Source: Monocercomonoides exilis PA203
Taxonomy: Eukaryota; Protista; Preaxostyla
Length of the DNA stretch: 64,000 nucleotides
Assembly: GCA_001643675.2 (NCBI GenBank)
Contig: LSRY02000027.1
Coordinates: forward strand, 682,001 to 746,000
Direction: 5' to 3'
How positions within the stretch are numbered: the stretch's first letter is position 1; the number at the start of each line of letters is the position of its first letter. Shown here in pieces: positions 39,431 to 50,956 of this stretch. The notes under the pieces were generated by a model. It saw nothing but the letters and a program-made list of their open reading frames with translations, was not told the DNA's origin and made no database searches. The position numbers and the translations under genes were made by a program.

Positions 39431-40661
39431 GTTCATTCTATTTTGCTTTTCTAACTTTTTCTTTCACTTTGCTTTTCTTTTCTTTTCTTTCACTTTGCTT
39501 TTCCTATTCTTTTCCTATTCTTTTATATTTCTATTTTTTTTCTTTTTTATTTGAACAAAAGAATGAAATTCGAAATGAATATTGATTGGAGTTTATTAAT
39601 GGTTTGGTTGTATCTGTTATTTATAGGAGTTTTTTTTTTTTATTATTTTCAGAGCAGCGTTTAGTTTAATGTTTTTATGGCTTTATTAGAGAAGAGTTAT
39701 CTTTGATAGCATTGATTTTCTAATTCACACTTTGAACTGTTTCATTTATCCGAAGTTTATCCGCTTTGATTGTATTGTTTCTTTCTTTTTTTCAAAAAAA
39801 AAAAAAATAATACGAATTTGTTACAAAAAATGAAGTTTGATTATTTTTGCATTTCTTTTTTTCGACTCATGTGTTTATTATACGTACCAAATTTTTTTGT
39901 TCTTAACTTGTTTTGAATCTGTTGTGAATCATGATTTTTGTGTGCAATAAATGTTTTTCTTTCTTTTTATTATTATTATTATTATTTTATTTAATGTTGT
40001 TAGATTGGATAGAAATGTTAAAGTTTCGATGTCATATCATTTTATTCTTGAATAAATTTTTCATACAGCGATTTGTTCTTTTTATACGATAAAAATGAAA
40101 AAAATCACAAATTGAATGAACTTCATCAATAGATAATTCTGAAGCTATTTACGAATTGCTTTTATCTTTCACTGAAATTCAAATTGCAAACAGTGAAAGA
40201 TAGAGTATAAGGCACAAATTGAAAGATTGTTGAATTTCAAAATAGAATGCGAAAAATAGTTCAATGAAATTCTGTTTTATGTTTCGTTATCACATTGAAT
40301 GAAATGAAACGAAATTCGAAAATAAATACAATCAAAAACAAAAAGAGATATTTACGCAAGCAATTAATTGAAAATGATTAATTATGAGGCAATTAAAAAA
40401 AAGTTCAATCAATTGCTTGAAACGAAAATTGTTTGTAGGATATACAATTATTCAAAAACACCTGGCAAATGAAAAAGAACTTTAGAGCTCAACGCAAATC
40501 CAAACTCAAAAACCTAGCTGAAAAATGAATATTCCAAGAAAATAAAGACGCTATGAGAAAAGCATGTTTGGCAAAATTCAAATAATAATAGAAATATAAT
40601 TCCGAAATTGCCAAGTGTTAAAAAGTTTTTCAATATTCTTCAAAGGTGTAAGCTGAGCATT

Positions 40662-42104
40662 TTAAAAATCTCCATCTGGATCTTTGATTCGATTCATACC
40701 ATAAAAACCAATGAAGATATCTTCAAGCCCTTCTTCCTCTAACTTTTCAAGCATTTCTCTAAAAGGAATCTTTCTTTTTGCCAAATCGTTTCCCTTGTTC
40801 ATGATCTCCTTTGATTTGTATGAAAGCGAAGACAAAAGACACAGAATATTATTTTTCTCCAAAAAGAAACTTCCGGCAATCATCCTCTCCCATATATATA
40901 AAAATGTCTTCACGTGAGAGTCAACAAATTCGTCATCCAATGTAGATTTAGTCATATACTCCAAAATGCAATCAATAGCTCCACCTTTTAACATATCGTC
41001 TATGCTAACGATGGTTGATATTGCCATCGTTTGAAAAAGGTCCATGACCTTTAAATGCAATTCTCTGCAATTATCATTTGCTGCTCTATATATGTTCACA
41101 AGACATGAAATAAATTCATCGAATTCGACTGCTCTTTTAAAATTTTTGCTATAAATATATTTATCAAATTTTTCGATCCATCTCTTAATTACGAACTCTT
41201 CATTTATTTCTTTTTCCTTCTTTTCTTCTTCCCTGCAACAAAGACATCTTCCTAGTTCTGTTAATTCCTTTGTAGCTTCTATTACAATGTCAAACTCGAG
41301 TTCATATTTCTTTTGTCTCAAATTTCTTCCTGTCATGCAGCCCTTCAGGAGTATCAAAGCAGATTGATAAGCAAGATGTGTTAGGTTGTGGTGTTGACGA
41401 TGATGAAGAAGAATTTCTATAAGCTCTTTTTCATGCTCTTCTTTTTCAACCTGTGATAAAGAAAATAAATAATCAAATAAATAAAATGTAAACAATTTAT
41501 TAATGTCCATACTGTATAAGGAAAAATATTACTCAAAGGGAGCAATGCCATTTCGACTTCCTTTTGCACTTCCTCGCTTTCTTCTTTGTTCGAAGCAGCC
41601 CGTAAAATATAGTGAACGACAATCTTTAGCACATCATCTGGAACAAAGTGTTTGCGTTCTAAAAGAGCAAGATAGCATTCGCAAAGATCAGTCAGCAGCT
41701 TTTCGTTCTTTTCTTCTTTTTTCTTCTCTTCATCAATAATCATCTTTTCGAACATATCAAGCAGTAAAGAATCACAAAAAGAAGAATTCCAAACGGCCTT
41801 CGACAATTTACGCCATCCGTAATGTTTCAATAATAAAAGAGCATTTTCTAACGATAATTTCTTTTCCTCTAGCATTCTACCAACACTATCAAATATAACT
41901 TTGAAAAAAGTAGTTCTCAGCTCTTCATCATCCATCTCATTTATTAATTCATTTATTTCATTTATTTTTTGTTTTTGTTCAGCAATGGAGCATTTGGCAA
42001 GAGAAAAAAACTTCACTAAAAAAAGAAGAAAATAAAATAAAAGAATAGCAATCACTCGAATTTAAAAGTTAATGTAGTATGGCAATACGGATAAACTTGT
42101 CCAT
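40662..42104 (-). CDS. Lineage-specific helical protein (~435 aa), resembling a large expanded Monocercomonoides gene family; function unknown
   Basis: Exons 42104-42089, 42015-41513, 41450-40662 splice in frame. Motifs EQKQKINEINELI, EEKKLSLENALLLLKH, EKMIIDEEKKKEEKNEKLLTDLCECY, QKEVEMALL, HHNLTHLAYQSA, EKLEEEGLED match a family I recall from M. exilis hypothetical proteins. Confidence 0.75.
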
Positions 42105-42897
42105 AGGTGAGTCCTATTGAATCAGAAAGTTGAAATTTAATAACCGAATAAAAAAAAGATTATCACGAGACAATTAAAGATAAGAATTTATAAAAACTAC
42201 TCCAATATTTTGAAGTTAAAAAAAGATACATTTGTTTGTTCAACTGTCTTTTGCATTCGTTAACAATAGATTTCAAAATAACCACAACAAAAGTTGAGAT
42301 CTCACTTAATAAATAATGGGTACTTCACAATTCCAAATTCTGACAAACAGCAAACTTTTCATTGTTTGTTTTTTATGTGCAATAAACATCGAAATTATTT
42401 ATTTTTCTAATTGCTGTTTGCCTCTCATCAGAATTTCAATCTCTTTCTTCCTTATTTTTATCTCGTTCGTTTTTTGTTTATCTTTAAAAATCATGAGTCA
42501 ATGTATTTCATCACTCTTCCATGAATTTCACAAAAAATACTATCGAAATGCAAATGAAACAGTTAGCAAAATCGAATTTTGAATCATTGAAAAGTCAGTA
42601 ATAAATTACATCCAATTTATTGTTTCTAAAAATTAAAAAAGAATAAATAAATAAAGTGAGGAAAAATAAGAAATAGAGGAGAAAAACGAAATCCGTTGGA
42701 AAAGGCTGAAAACGTGAGTAACAAAATCCTTAATTTTAGAAATAAATTTACTGACTTATTTGTTCGTTGTATTATAAATAAATACACTACTTTTATATAG
42801 TTATGATTTATGATTTATTTCATCATTCGTTCAACGGGAAATATAAAGCAGACTTTTTTTTTTTAATTGAAACAGTTCCAACCTTTGAACGAGAAAA

Positions 42898-45800
42898 TTA
42901 TTGAGTTGGGGAAGCAGCTCGCATCGCTGCTGGTGGGCCAGAAGCAAAGGAAGAGATGTGAGGAGAGGAGGTTGATGAAGCAGAAGCAGAAGCAGATGAA
43001 GAAGATGACGAAGGTGCAGATGAAGACTGGTGAATGCTCTGAGACTGCTTTTGTCGCGCTTTCTGCATCATCTGCTGGTTCAGCTGTGCCTTCCACAAAT
43101 CCTGTGAGTTCATCTTCAAATACCCAGCCGGCGATGAGCCAAAGTCCAGCACTGAAGAAGAAGCCAAAGGAAGAGCAGACGAGGAAGAGGAGGAAGAAGA
43201 TGAAGAAGGCGAGGAAGCAGACGGGGGAAGCAGACCAAAGGATGACAGAGAGGAATGAGGTGGGAAAGTTGGTGGGTGCTGTGCAAGATATGCTTCCATC
43301 TGATGTGAAGTTGATCGTCCTTCTTCTCCTTTCCTTTGCATCTGCTCCGCTCCTTCTCTTTCTTCAGGTCTTGCTGGACTTCTGCTGTCTTCTCCCATTT
43401 GCTCATTCTGCAGCGGCGAGGGAGAAGAAGAGCACATCAGTCCCCCCATCTGGCTGTTCATGGAGTCTTCGGGTGCAAAAGATGAAGAAGAAGAGGATGA
43501 AGAGGAGGAGGAGGATGATGCTGGTGATGCATATGGATTTGAAGGAGAAGAAAGTGAAAGAGCAGAGGAAGATGGCTGAACGGTGTACGAAAGAGGGCGA
43601 TTGGGTGTTGCATTCATTCCCGAATAAGGTGCCGACGAAGAAGTTGAAGCAGAAGCTGAAGCTGAGGCTGAGGCTGAAGGAGAAGGAGAAGGAGGCGAAG
43701 ATGACAGCATTGAATTGGAGCGTATCGGAATCTGCGATTGTGTCACTCGAATATCAGCAGGTGGGCGTGAGGGCGGAGTGAGGTGCGATGGAGATGAAGG
43801 GTCGAATGATGAGCGCTGCATGTCTGTTGATGGAGAAGAAGCGCTTAGCGCTTCTGGAACCTGGCCATAATTACCTGGAAATGTTCGTTGAATAAATTGA
43901 ATGAACAAAAACGAAAAGATCGTTTTGTTCGATTTTCAAAAAGAAATAACAATCATTGATATGAAGAGAGAATAGGGAAAAAATATGTTTTTTTTTTTAG
44001 TTAAAGAATTTTCAAAGAAAATAAAAACCAAACCTTGTCTTCTTTGTTGTGGAGACACAGGAACATCAGAAAAGAGTTGTGATTGATCAGCTTGCATCTG
44101 TTGATAAGAAGGGTTAGAAGACGAAGGCGATGAAACTGGCATCGATTCAAACGAAGAGCCCTGAGCAGGAGATGCATTAGGCTGCTGATAAGAAGACTGC
44201 ATTGGAGAAGCTGCAGTCATAGGCGATGCTGCATAAGGTGCTTGTTGAGGTGCAATTCCTGCTTCCATAGGAGTAGCAGCAGCAGCGTCTGACTCTATCG
44301 GAATGAATGGCTGGCTCAAGAGAGCACTCAAGTCGCGGTCGATTTGTGTGAACTTGTCGCGCAATGAGGGGAATGGGTTCTCGCGAACTTCCAACTGCAT
44401 GATTATTAATAAAAGTTTCATTAATAAATAATGAATGTTTAAATTAACATGTTCAATAATTTTTCATAATGACAATATTATCAGAAATAATCAATTTCAC
44501 AAATTCTTCAAAGATTTCTCATTCAGCCTTCCACAATCAAAAACAATGTTAACCATCTCTAAATTGCATCATCTTCCGCAATCTTATTATCAAAAAACAC
44601 ACCATCCCACCCACAGTCAGTTTTGGATCTATTTCTTGCGCGTTCCTTGGGATTCCATAAGGCGAGCGCAGCTGTGTCTTCATCACGTTGTATCTTGAGA
44701 ATGAGCACAGGAATTTCACTGGATCGAGATTTTCCTGAAGGAACAGCAAAAACGTTTCAACCCAGTTGATGTAGCCCATCTGCCGTCGAAGCTCTTGCTC
44801 TTCAGAGAGAAGGTGCTCCAGCTTCATCATTGTGATCATCTCAACTTTCTGGCAGGCAGCTAAATAGATCTTCTCAAGACGAAGAAGAGCCTATAGATGT
44901 TATTAAAAAAAGATAAAATGAACATAATTGAATAAGTTCGTGTAAAATACATGGTTATTTCAAAAAAAAAAATGAAGATTACTCCAAATGATAAGTTTAC
45001 GAAAGAATTATAAGTTTCAATTTATTCCTCCAACAGAATATTAAATGAACTGTTTTTTGTGTTTTCTCCTTTTCCGTAGCTCTTCTCTTTTTCTTTGCAA
45101 ACCTGTTGGTATCCGCTTCTAACTTCTCCAACTCTCTGATCAACAAACACAAGCTGGTCTTGTATCAATCCCTTTTTCCTTTCAATTTCCATGTCTTTTT
45201 CCCTCATCTTTTCCACTGCCTGTTTATACGCAGCAGAAATAGGCACCAATTTGTGGTGTGAAAACTCGCCTGAGGAATGCGATCCAACCATTTTGCAGTG
45301 AATACACACAGCCACTCCGCACACTGGACAGAAATACTCAATTCGCTGCTGCTCGTGAAGAGGGCAATTGGGATATATTTTCTCGTGCTGTGCATGTTAA
45401 GTGTGGAGGAGGGGGGATAAAATTCAATATTGTGTGTCGCACACAATGAAAAGACATCCAAGTGAAGAGAAATGATTTTAAAAAACGTAATTTTAACATT
45501 CGTTAAAATCGCAATTCAATTGCAAAAAAATAATAAAAGTATAATTCTCTAATAAAAAACATTTCTTAATTTAATTTTCAAACCTCTTCGACTTTCCTTC
45601 TTGTATGCCTTTGAAGAAGAGGAACTTGCCCATGCAAGTCATCGTCACATGCTTTGCACAAATATGCATTATCCTGAACACAAAACACGACGGCGACAGC
45701 TCTATTGCAGTTCTGACAAATAATTTGCTAAAATAAAAAACGCAAATTTTGGGGGAAATAAATTTTTTTGAGTTGAATTTTAATAATTTTGCTGTACCTG

Positions 45801-46567
45801 TGTTTTTAAATCATCTGCTGGATTATAGCTAAATTCGACTTGATATAACGGTTGGACTTGTGCAGGATTGGTGATATAGTAATCTTGCTGAAACATTCGT
45901 ACGTCCATATCAGATATTTCGTCTTCCAAGCTATTTGGTGGGGCAATGATAATAGAGTCAAATCCGTCCGGTACATTGGTGGGTAAAGCAGCTTCATATT
46001 CACCAGTTGGTGATTGTTGTGCTTCGAGCCAGAATGCTTTCCCCACCCCAATCTTGCAAAATATAAAGCTATATTTTCTCATTCCTCTTTCTATTTAACA
46101 TATCAATCTTGAAATTTCTAAATTTTTAATGATATTGTCATACCAGTTTTATTAACTTTGACAGAACCAGTGTGAAATATCTTTCCACTTGAAGTGAATT
46201 GAAATCCACGTCTGTTCAACTCATATACATCATTTGCTTTATCCAGAGCGGCAACATCGACCCATGATTCCAAGACGGTCATTCTCTTACAAAATATTTA
46301 TATCATCATATTTTTAAAATACAACAACTATCAAACTTCTGTTTTGTGTGAGAATTGTCTATTTACATGCTCGTTTTCAATATTGTAAATACTTGTAATT
46401 ATAGGTGATGTACTTTGAAGTGATAAAAATAACTAAAAAAAAGTGAAAAAAAAGTATTTAACAAATCTTCATACCATGTATTCCATCCTGTTCCACACGT
46501 CAGACCCTTTCATAATTGGAATACGTCTGCGCGAAAGCGAATCACTGGGTGAAGCTAAAAATGACAT
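42898..46567 (-). CDS. Double B-box zinc-finger, coiled-coil protein with N-terminal degenerate PARP/ART-like domain and Ser/Pro/Gln-rich tail (~892 aa)
   Basis: Nine frame-consistent exons: 46567-46475, 46432-46337, 46285-46144, 46090-45798, 45727-45584, 45387-45103, 44890-44603, 44394-44034, 43874-42898. B-box 1 is CQNC..FCVQDNAYLCKACDDDLH..HTR. B-box 2 is CPLH..YFCPVCGVAVCIHCKMVGSH..HKL. A heptad-rich region follows. Confidence 0.85.
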
Positions 46568-47289
46568 TATTCAAATATTCCAAATATTTTATTAAATGTT
46601 AATGGAAATGATCGAATCAAAATATGTGATAAAACATTATCTCTTGTTCTTGAGTTCAGCGCATATTTTTAAGCAATAGTTTGCATTAATCCTGAGAGAT
46701 GTCAAATAAAATAATTGTCAAATCCTTTCTTATTTCACTTTTAAAAAAATATATCAAAAATAAAAAAACAGAAATAAACAAACCAATAATATAAAAAATA
46801 AGTATTATTAAAAAATAATATGCTCAATTTTTTTTAAATGAATTGTTCAAAGAAAAGTGATTAAAAGATGCCAATAAATTATGTCCACACAAATCTCAGA
46901 ATATGTTCTTCCTGGTCTGTTGTTAAAAAACGAAATGGGGAAAAATACGGACTTTCAAGCTTTTTTTTGAACAATACATTGAAAAATTGCTTCACTTATA
47001 ATTTTATTTCGCTTTCTCAGACTTCAAAATTTTTTTGATTTTTATCTCCGTAAACATGCATTATTGAAATCAAAACATGAAGTTTTCCAACATTTCACGA
47101 ATGTCAAAAAATGAACCAATTTTCATAGTGTTTTTTATTCGTAAAAAGTCAATGGCAAGTGCATAATTTTTCAATGAAAATGCTTGAAGCAAAATAGTTT
47201 GCCCCAAATTTCAAATTTGTTATCAAATACAACAGAAAAAAAAAATCTCTAATGTATTTTTAAATTTCAAAAACAAATGTCGAACTCAC

Positions 47290-47290
<1 letters not shown>

Positions 47291-47329
<39 letters not shown>

Positions 47330-47340
47330 GGGGGGGGGGG
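47291..47340 (+). repeat. Homopurine tract A31 followed by G19
   Basis: Read directly from the sequence; intergenic. Confidence 0.9.
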
Positions 47341-48690
47341 TTGGAAAGTGATGAGATAATAATAGAAAAAAACATAAATAAAGTGATTCACAATTTGAAA
47401 TCGATGAAAAATATAGGAGCGGATGTTGTGTTATAAAATAAATAACTGTTTCAGTTGGAATTTTACTTTTCCAATGCGAATATAAATAAAAAATAGATAT
47501 GATTATTATTTCTGAAAGGTTGACAACGTTTTTTTTTTCAAATTCGTTGAAGAACTGGATTTTTAATGGATAACAATAAACAGACAACAATTCAATTTCA
47601 ACGTTGCAACTCAAAAATTCTAATTTCCATTAAAATAATGATATATTGGCAACAATGAGAAAATTCACTGATCAACTGAAAGATATTTGGATGATTTTTT
47701 TGATATCATCACTTTTTCCTTCAAATGAATTTTTTTGTTTGTGAGTTGTTCTTTTTGAAAAGTCGCAAAAGTTAAAAACCTGAGTTAATGTTTAATGGTT
47801 CTATTTTGATAATTATTTGTGATAAATCCATCATATTTCTCCACAATGGACATATTCTCGCATCAAATTGATTTTTTAATTTTAATTGGAAAAAATGATT
47901 AATTTTGATGGATTTGTTGTGAAAATTGATCAAATTGTGTAAATATTGATTTTTCTCAGGTATTAAACATTTGTGACTTTCCATAAAGAAAACCCGATGT
48001 TTTCTTTTTTTTTCAGAAATTTATCATTAAAAAGTTGTTTTCATTATTATTTTTTCTAAATTCAATAAATGAGATGAATTCATTACGAACAAATCTGTGA
48101 ATGAAATCATCTCTTTTCAGTGTTCGTCAATCACTATTCAAAGTCAATTTCAGAACCGAAAGTCTTTACAGCGATTATTCAAATTTAAAAAAAATCAAGC
48201 AGATGTTTATTAAATACATTTTCCAAAGATATAACTTTTTTAAAAACAAAATTCTTTATTCATTTTTATAATAAAAAAACTTCAATTTGACAATATGTTG
48301 ATAATTTTGCATATCAATTGTTGAAAATTATCACATTAATAACTAAAATGGGGCGATATTTTTTGCTTTATGAATTTAGTTCCGTTCAGAGTTTCTGAAT
48401 ATATTTCTCATTTTTTTATTTTTCTAAACAGTTTTGTGTGAGAATGTTTGATTTGTTACGATATGAAAGCAGAAAAAGTTTGGAACAATTCGTTGTTTTT
48501 TCATTAAAGCAAGAATTTTTTCCCAAATGAGATTTGACAAGGAGATTAAATCAAATTCACTAAAAAGCCGTCGTTTTTTCAATCTTTCTATAAATTATAT
48601 TTTAAATATTTTGTTTGAGATTTTCTAATCTTGTTTTAACAAAACAAGACAATCAATGAAATGTAATATTTTTTTAATATGAATTGTTCT

Positions 48691-50736
48691 TCATTTCTTA
48701 TCTTCTTCATTGGTCATGTACTTTTGATTCTGAGCTTCTGCCTCTTCCTGTGCAATAAGAGATCTAACATAACCAACCATAAATGTTAATGCTGGTCCTC
48801 CTGCCAAGTTATTTTTACCTGCAGGTCGTTCCGCTAAAATCATGAAATTTATGACAATTAAAATACGGAATTATATTACATGAAAAAATATTTTTGAACA
48901 AAGAACATCAATCAAACGTGAAGGAGGATTTTCTGACGAAACAACTGCAATCACTCGCGGAAACTCTTCTCCATCAAACCATCCAAATACAGGTCCCCCC
49001 GAATGTCCTCCTTTTATTAAAATAGGAAATATTATTAATAAACAAATAAACAATAAAACAATGAAGAAAAAAAAATATTTTTTGAATGAAAAAATTGATG
49101 CACAAAAATAACATAATAGGACTTTTCAAAAGAATTTTCAAAAAAAAATATCTTTTATGTGAAGGAAGACATACGAGTGAGATCAAATGTTGTGTCCAAA
49201 AGATACGAAGAAAGCCCTCCAACCACAAATTCCTGAGTAATAGACAAATTACTGCTTGATTGAATCAATGGAACAATTCCCTGATCATAAAATTGAAGTG
49301 CATTTAATTCGAATGAATATTTTTTTTTATTAAATGAAAAATTTCAATTTATTTTTAAAAAATTCACGTCATCGAAAAATAAAAAAACAGATTCAAAATA
49401 ATATTTCAGTCAAAGCACAAACTTCAGAAAGACCATGTTCTGGCTGAGGATATCCAACATTAAACCAGTCTGTTCGATCGCTCCACTCTGGCTGATATTG
49501 AATAGTACCAGCATAACCTTTAATTAGAAAAAAGAATGTATTCACAATATCATTGAACGAAAAAGACAAAAGTAACCACCGATAAGAAAACGAAGAACAA
49601 TCCATATGCAAACAAAAAAAAAGTTTTTAATGAAAAATTGATAAGATAATAACAGTTTCATACCAGCTTTTCTTCCAAGAGGCTGATTCACTCTGAGACA
49701 CGCAATGTCGAATGCCGCCTGAATTGCATTGATCTTTCCTCCATTGCGACTAAAAGAGTACACAGTCTCCACTTCCGCAAATCCAAAAGGCGCAGACTTT
49801 CCAACAAAGGCAGGAATAAATCTTATAATTTCAATGATGTGTTTTTTTTTAAAGTGATTTGTCATTCAAATTAAGAAGAATTTAAATGTGAAACGCATCC
49901 ACATGAAAATGAAATACTTTAACAATCAAACCTGATACGATCAAGGCTGCCATCATCTTTCCAAGGAACGCAATGAGAAGCAGTGAGAACGATGTCGTCC
50001 CCAACAAGAGTACCAGTACATACGCCACGAGACGATACAAGCAAACCAATGGAAGACCAAGGATATGAAGAGTTCCTTAATTCAGTTCGATCATCAGGAT
50101 AAAAAACGTGCAAAGGCTCATTTATTTTCTTCTCGTTATCGGATTTCTCTACATAAAAATCATCAAAATAAAGTTGCATGAAAAATTTAAAAAAATTTTT
50201 TTTACAAATTAAATTAAAATTAAATAATGCAAACTTTTCGGCATAAATCTTTCAGGCGGAGGCATAACAGATATCTCAATTCCTTTTGGACAAAAACCTG
50301 GCAATTCAAATGATTCTGGAAATAGGATATGATGAAACTTTGGATGCTTCGGTTTTTGATTTCCATTTTTTGATTTTTCAGAAATTCCAAGTGTGTCCTT
50401 ATCTTCAACAGGGAATCTTCCGGTTGAGTTATATTTTAATGAGCAGTTTCCATCGAGTAAGCATCGAATTTCATTCATTGTTTCTTCTTGACTCTGTATT
50501 TTAATATGTTCAGGCGTTTCATTGGGTATTGATGAAAGTAATTGTTTGTTTTTAACTGGTATTCTTTCAGCGTTTTCTAACTTATCTATTTGGGATCGAG
50601 ATAACGGACCTTTAAGCCAACTCAAAAAACGAGAATGCTTCTCATTTTCTGTTTTTTGGTTACTTGACGCCAAAGAAAAAGGTACAAATTGCACAATAAC
50701 TATCAACAAAAACAAATTATTGCAACGATTGAGCAT
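48691..50736 (-). CDS. Secreted trypsin-fold serine protease, V8/glutamyl-endopeptidase-like (S1B-like), ~437 aa pre-pro-enzyme
   Basis: Seven exons: 50736-50235, 50148-49932, 49821-49664, 49517-49423, 49280-49175, 49010-48918, 48833-48691. Signal-like MLNRCNNLFLLIVIVQFVPFSLA; VFYPDDR..YPWSSIG; CTGTLVGDDIVLTASHC (His); FDIACL (Asp); VGYP; GHSGGPVF (Ser). Confidence 0.88.
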
Positions 50737-50956
50737 TTAAGACACAGCTCAGATATTTCTTTAAAATAAATAAAACAAAGTAACTTTCATTTTACAGTAA
50801 ATTGAAAAGTTGTTATGGCTGAAATTATTATTTGATTGAACAACAATATGATTGCCAAATAAAAAATACAACTTCACAAACAGGAAATACCTTTCAAAAC
50901 AACATTGAGAGATTTTCAAATGATAATAAGTATGGATAAGCAAAGATCAACATAAA

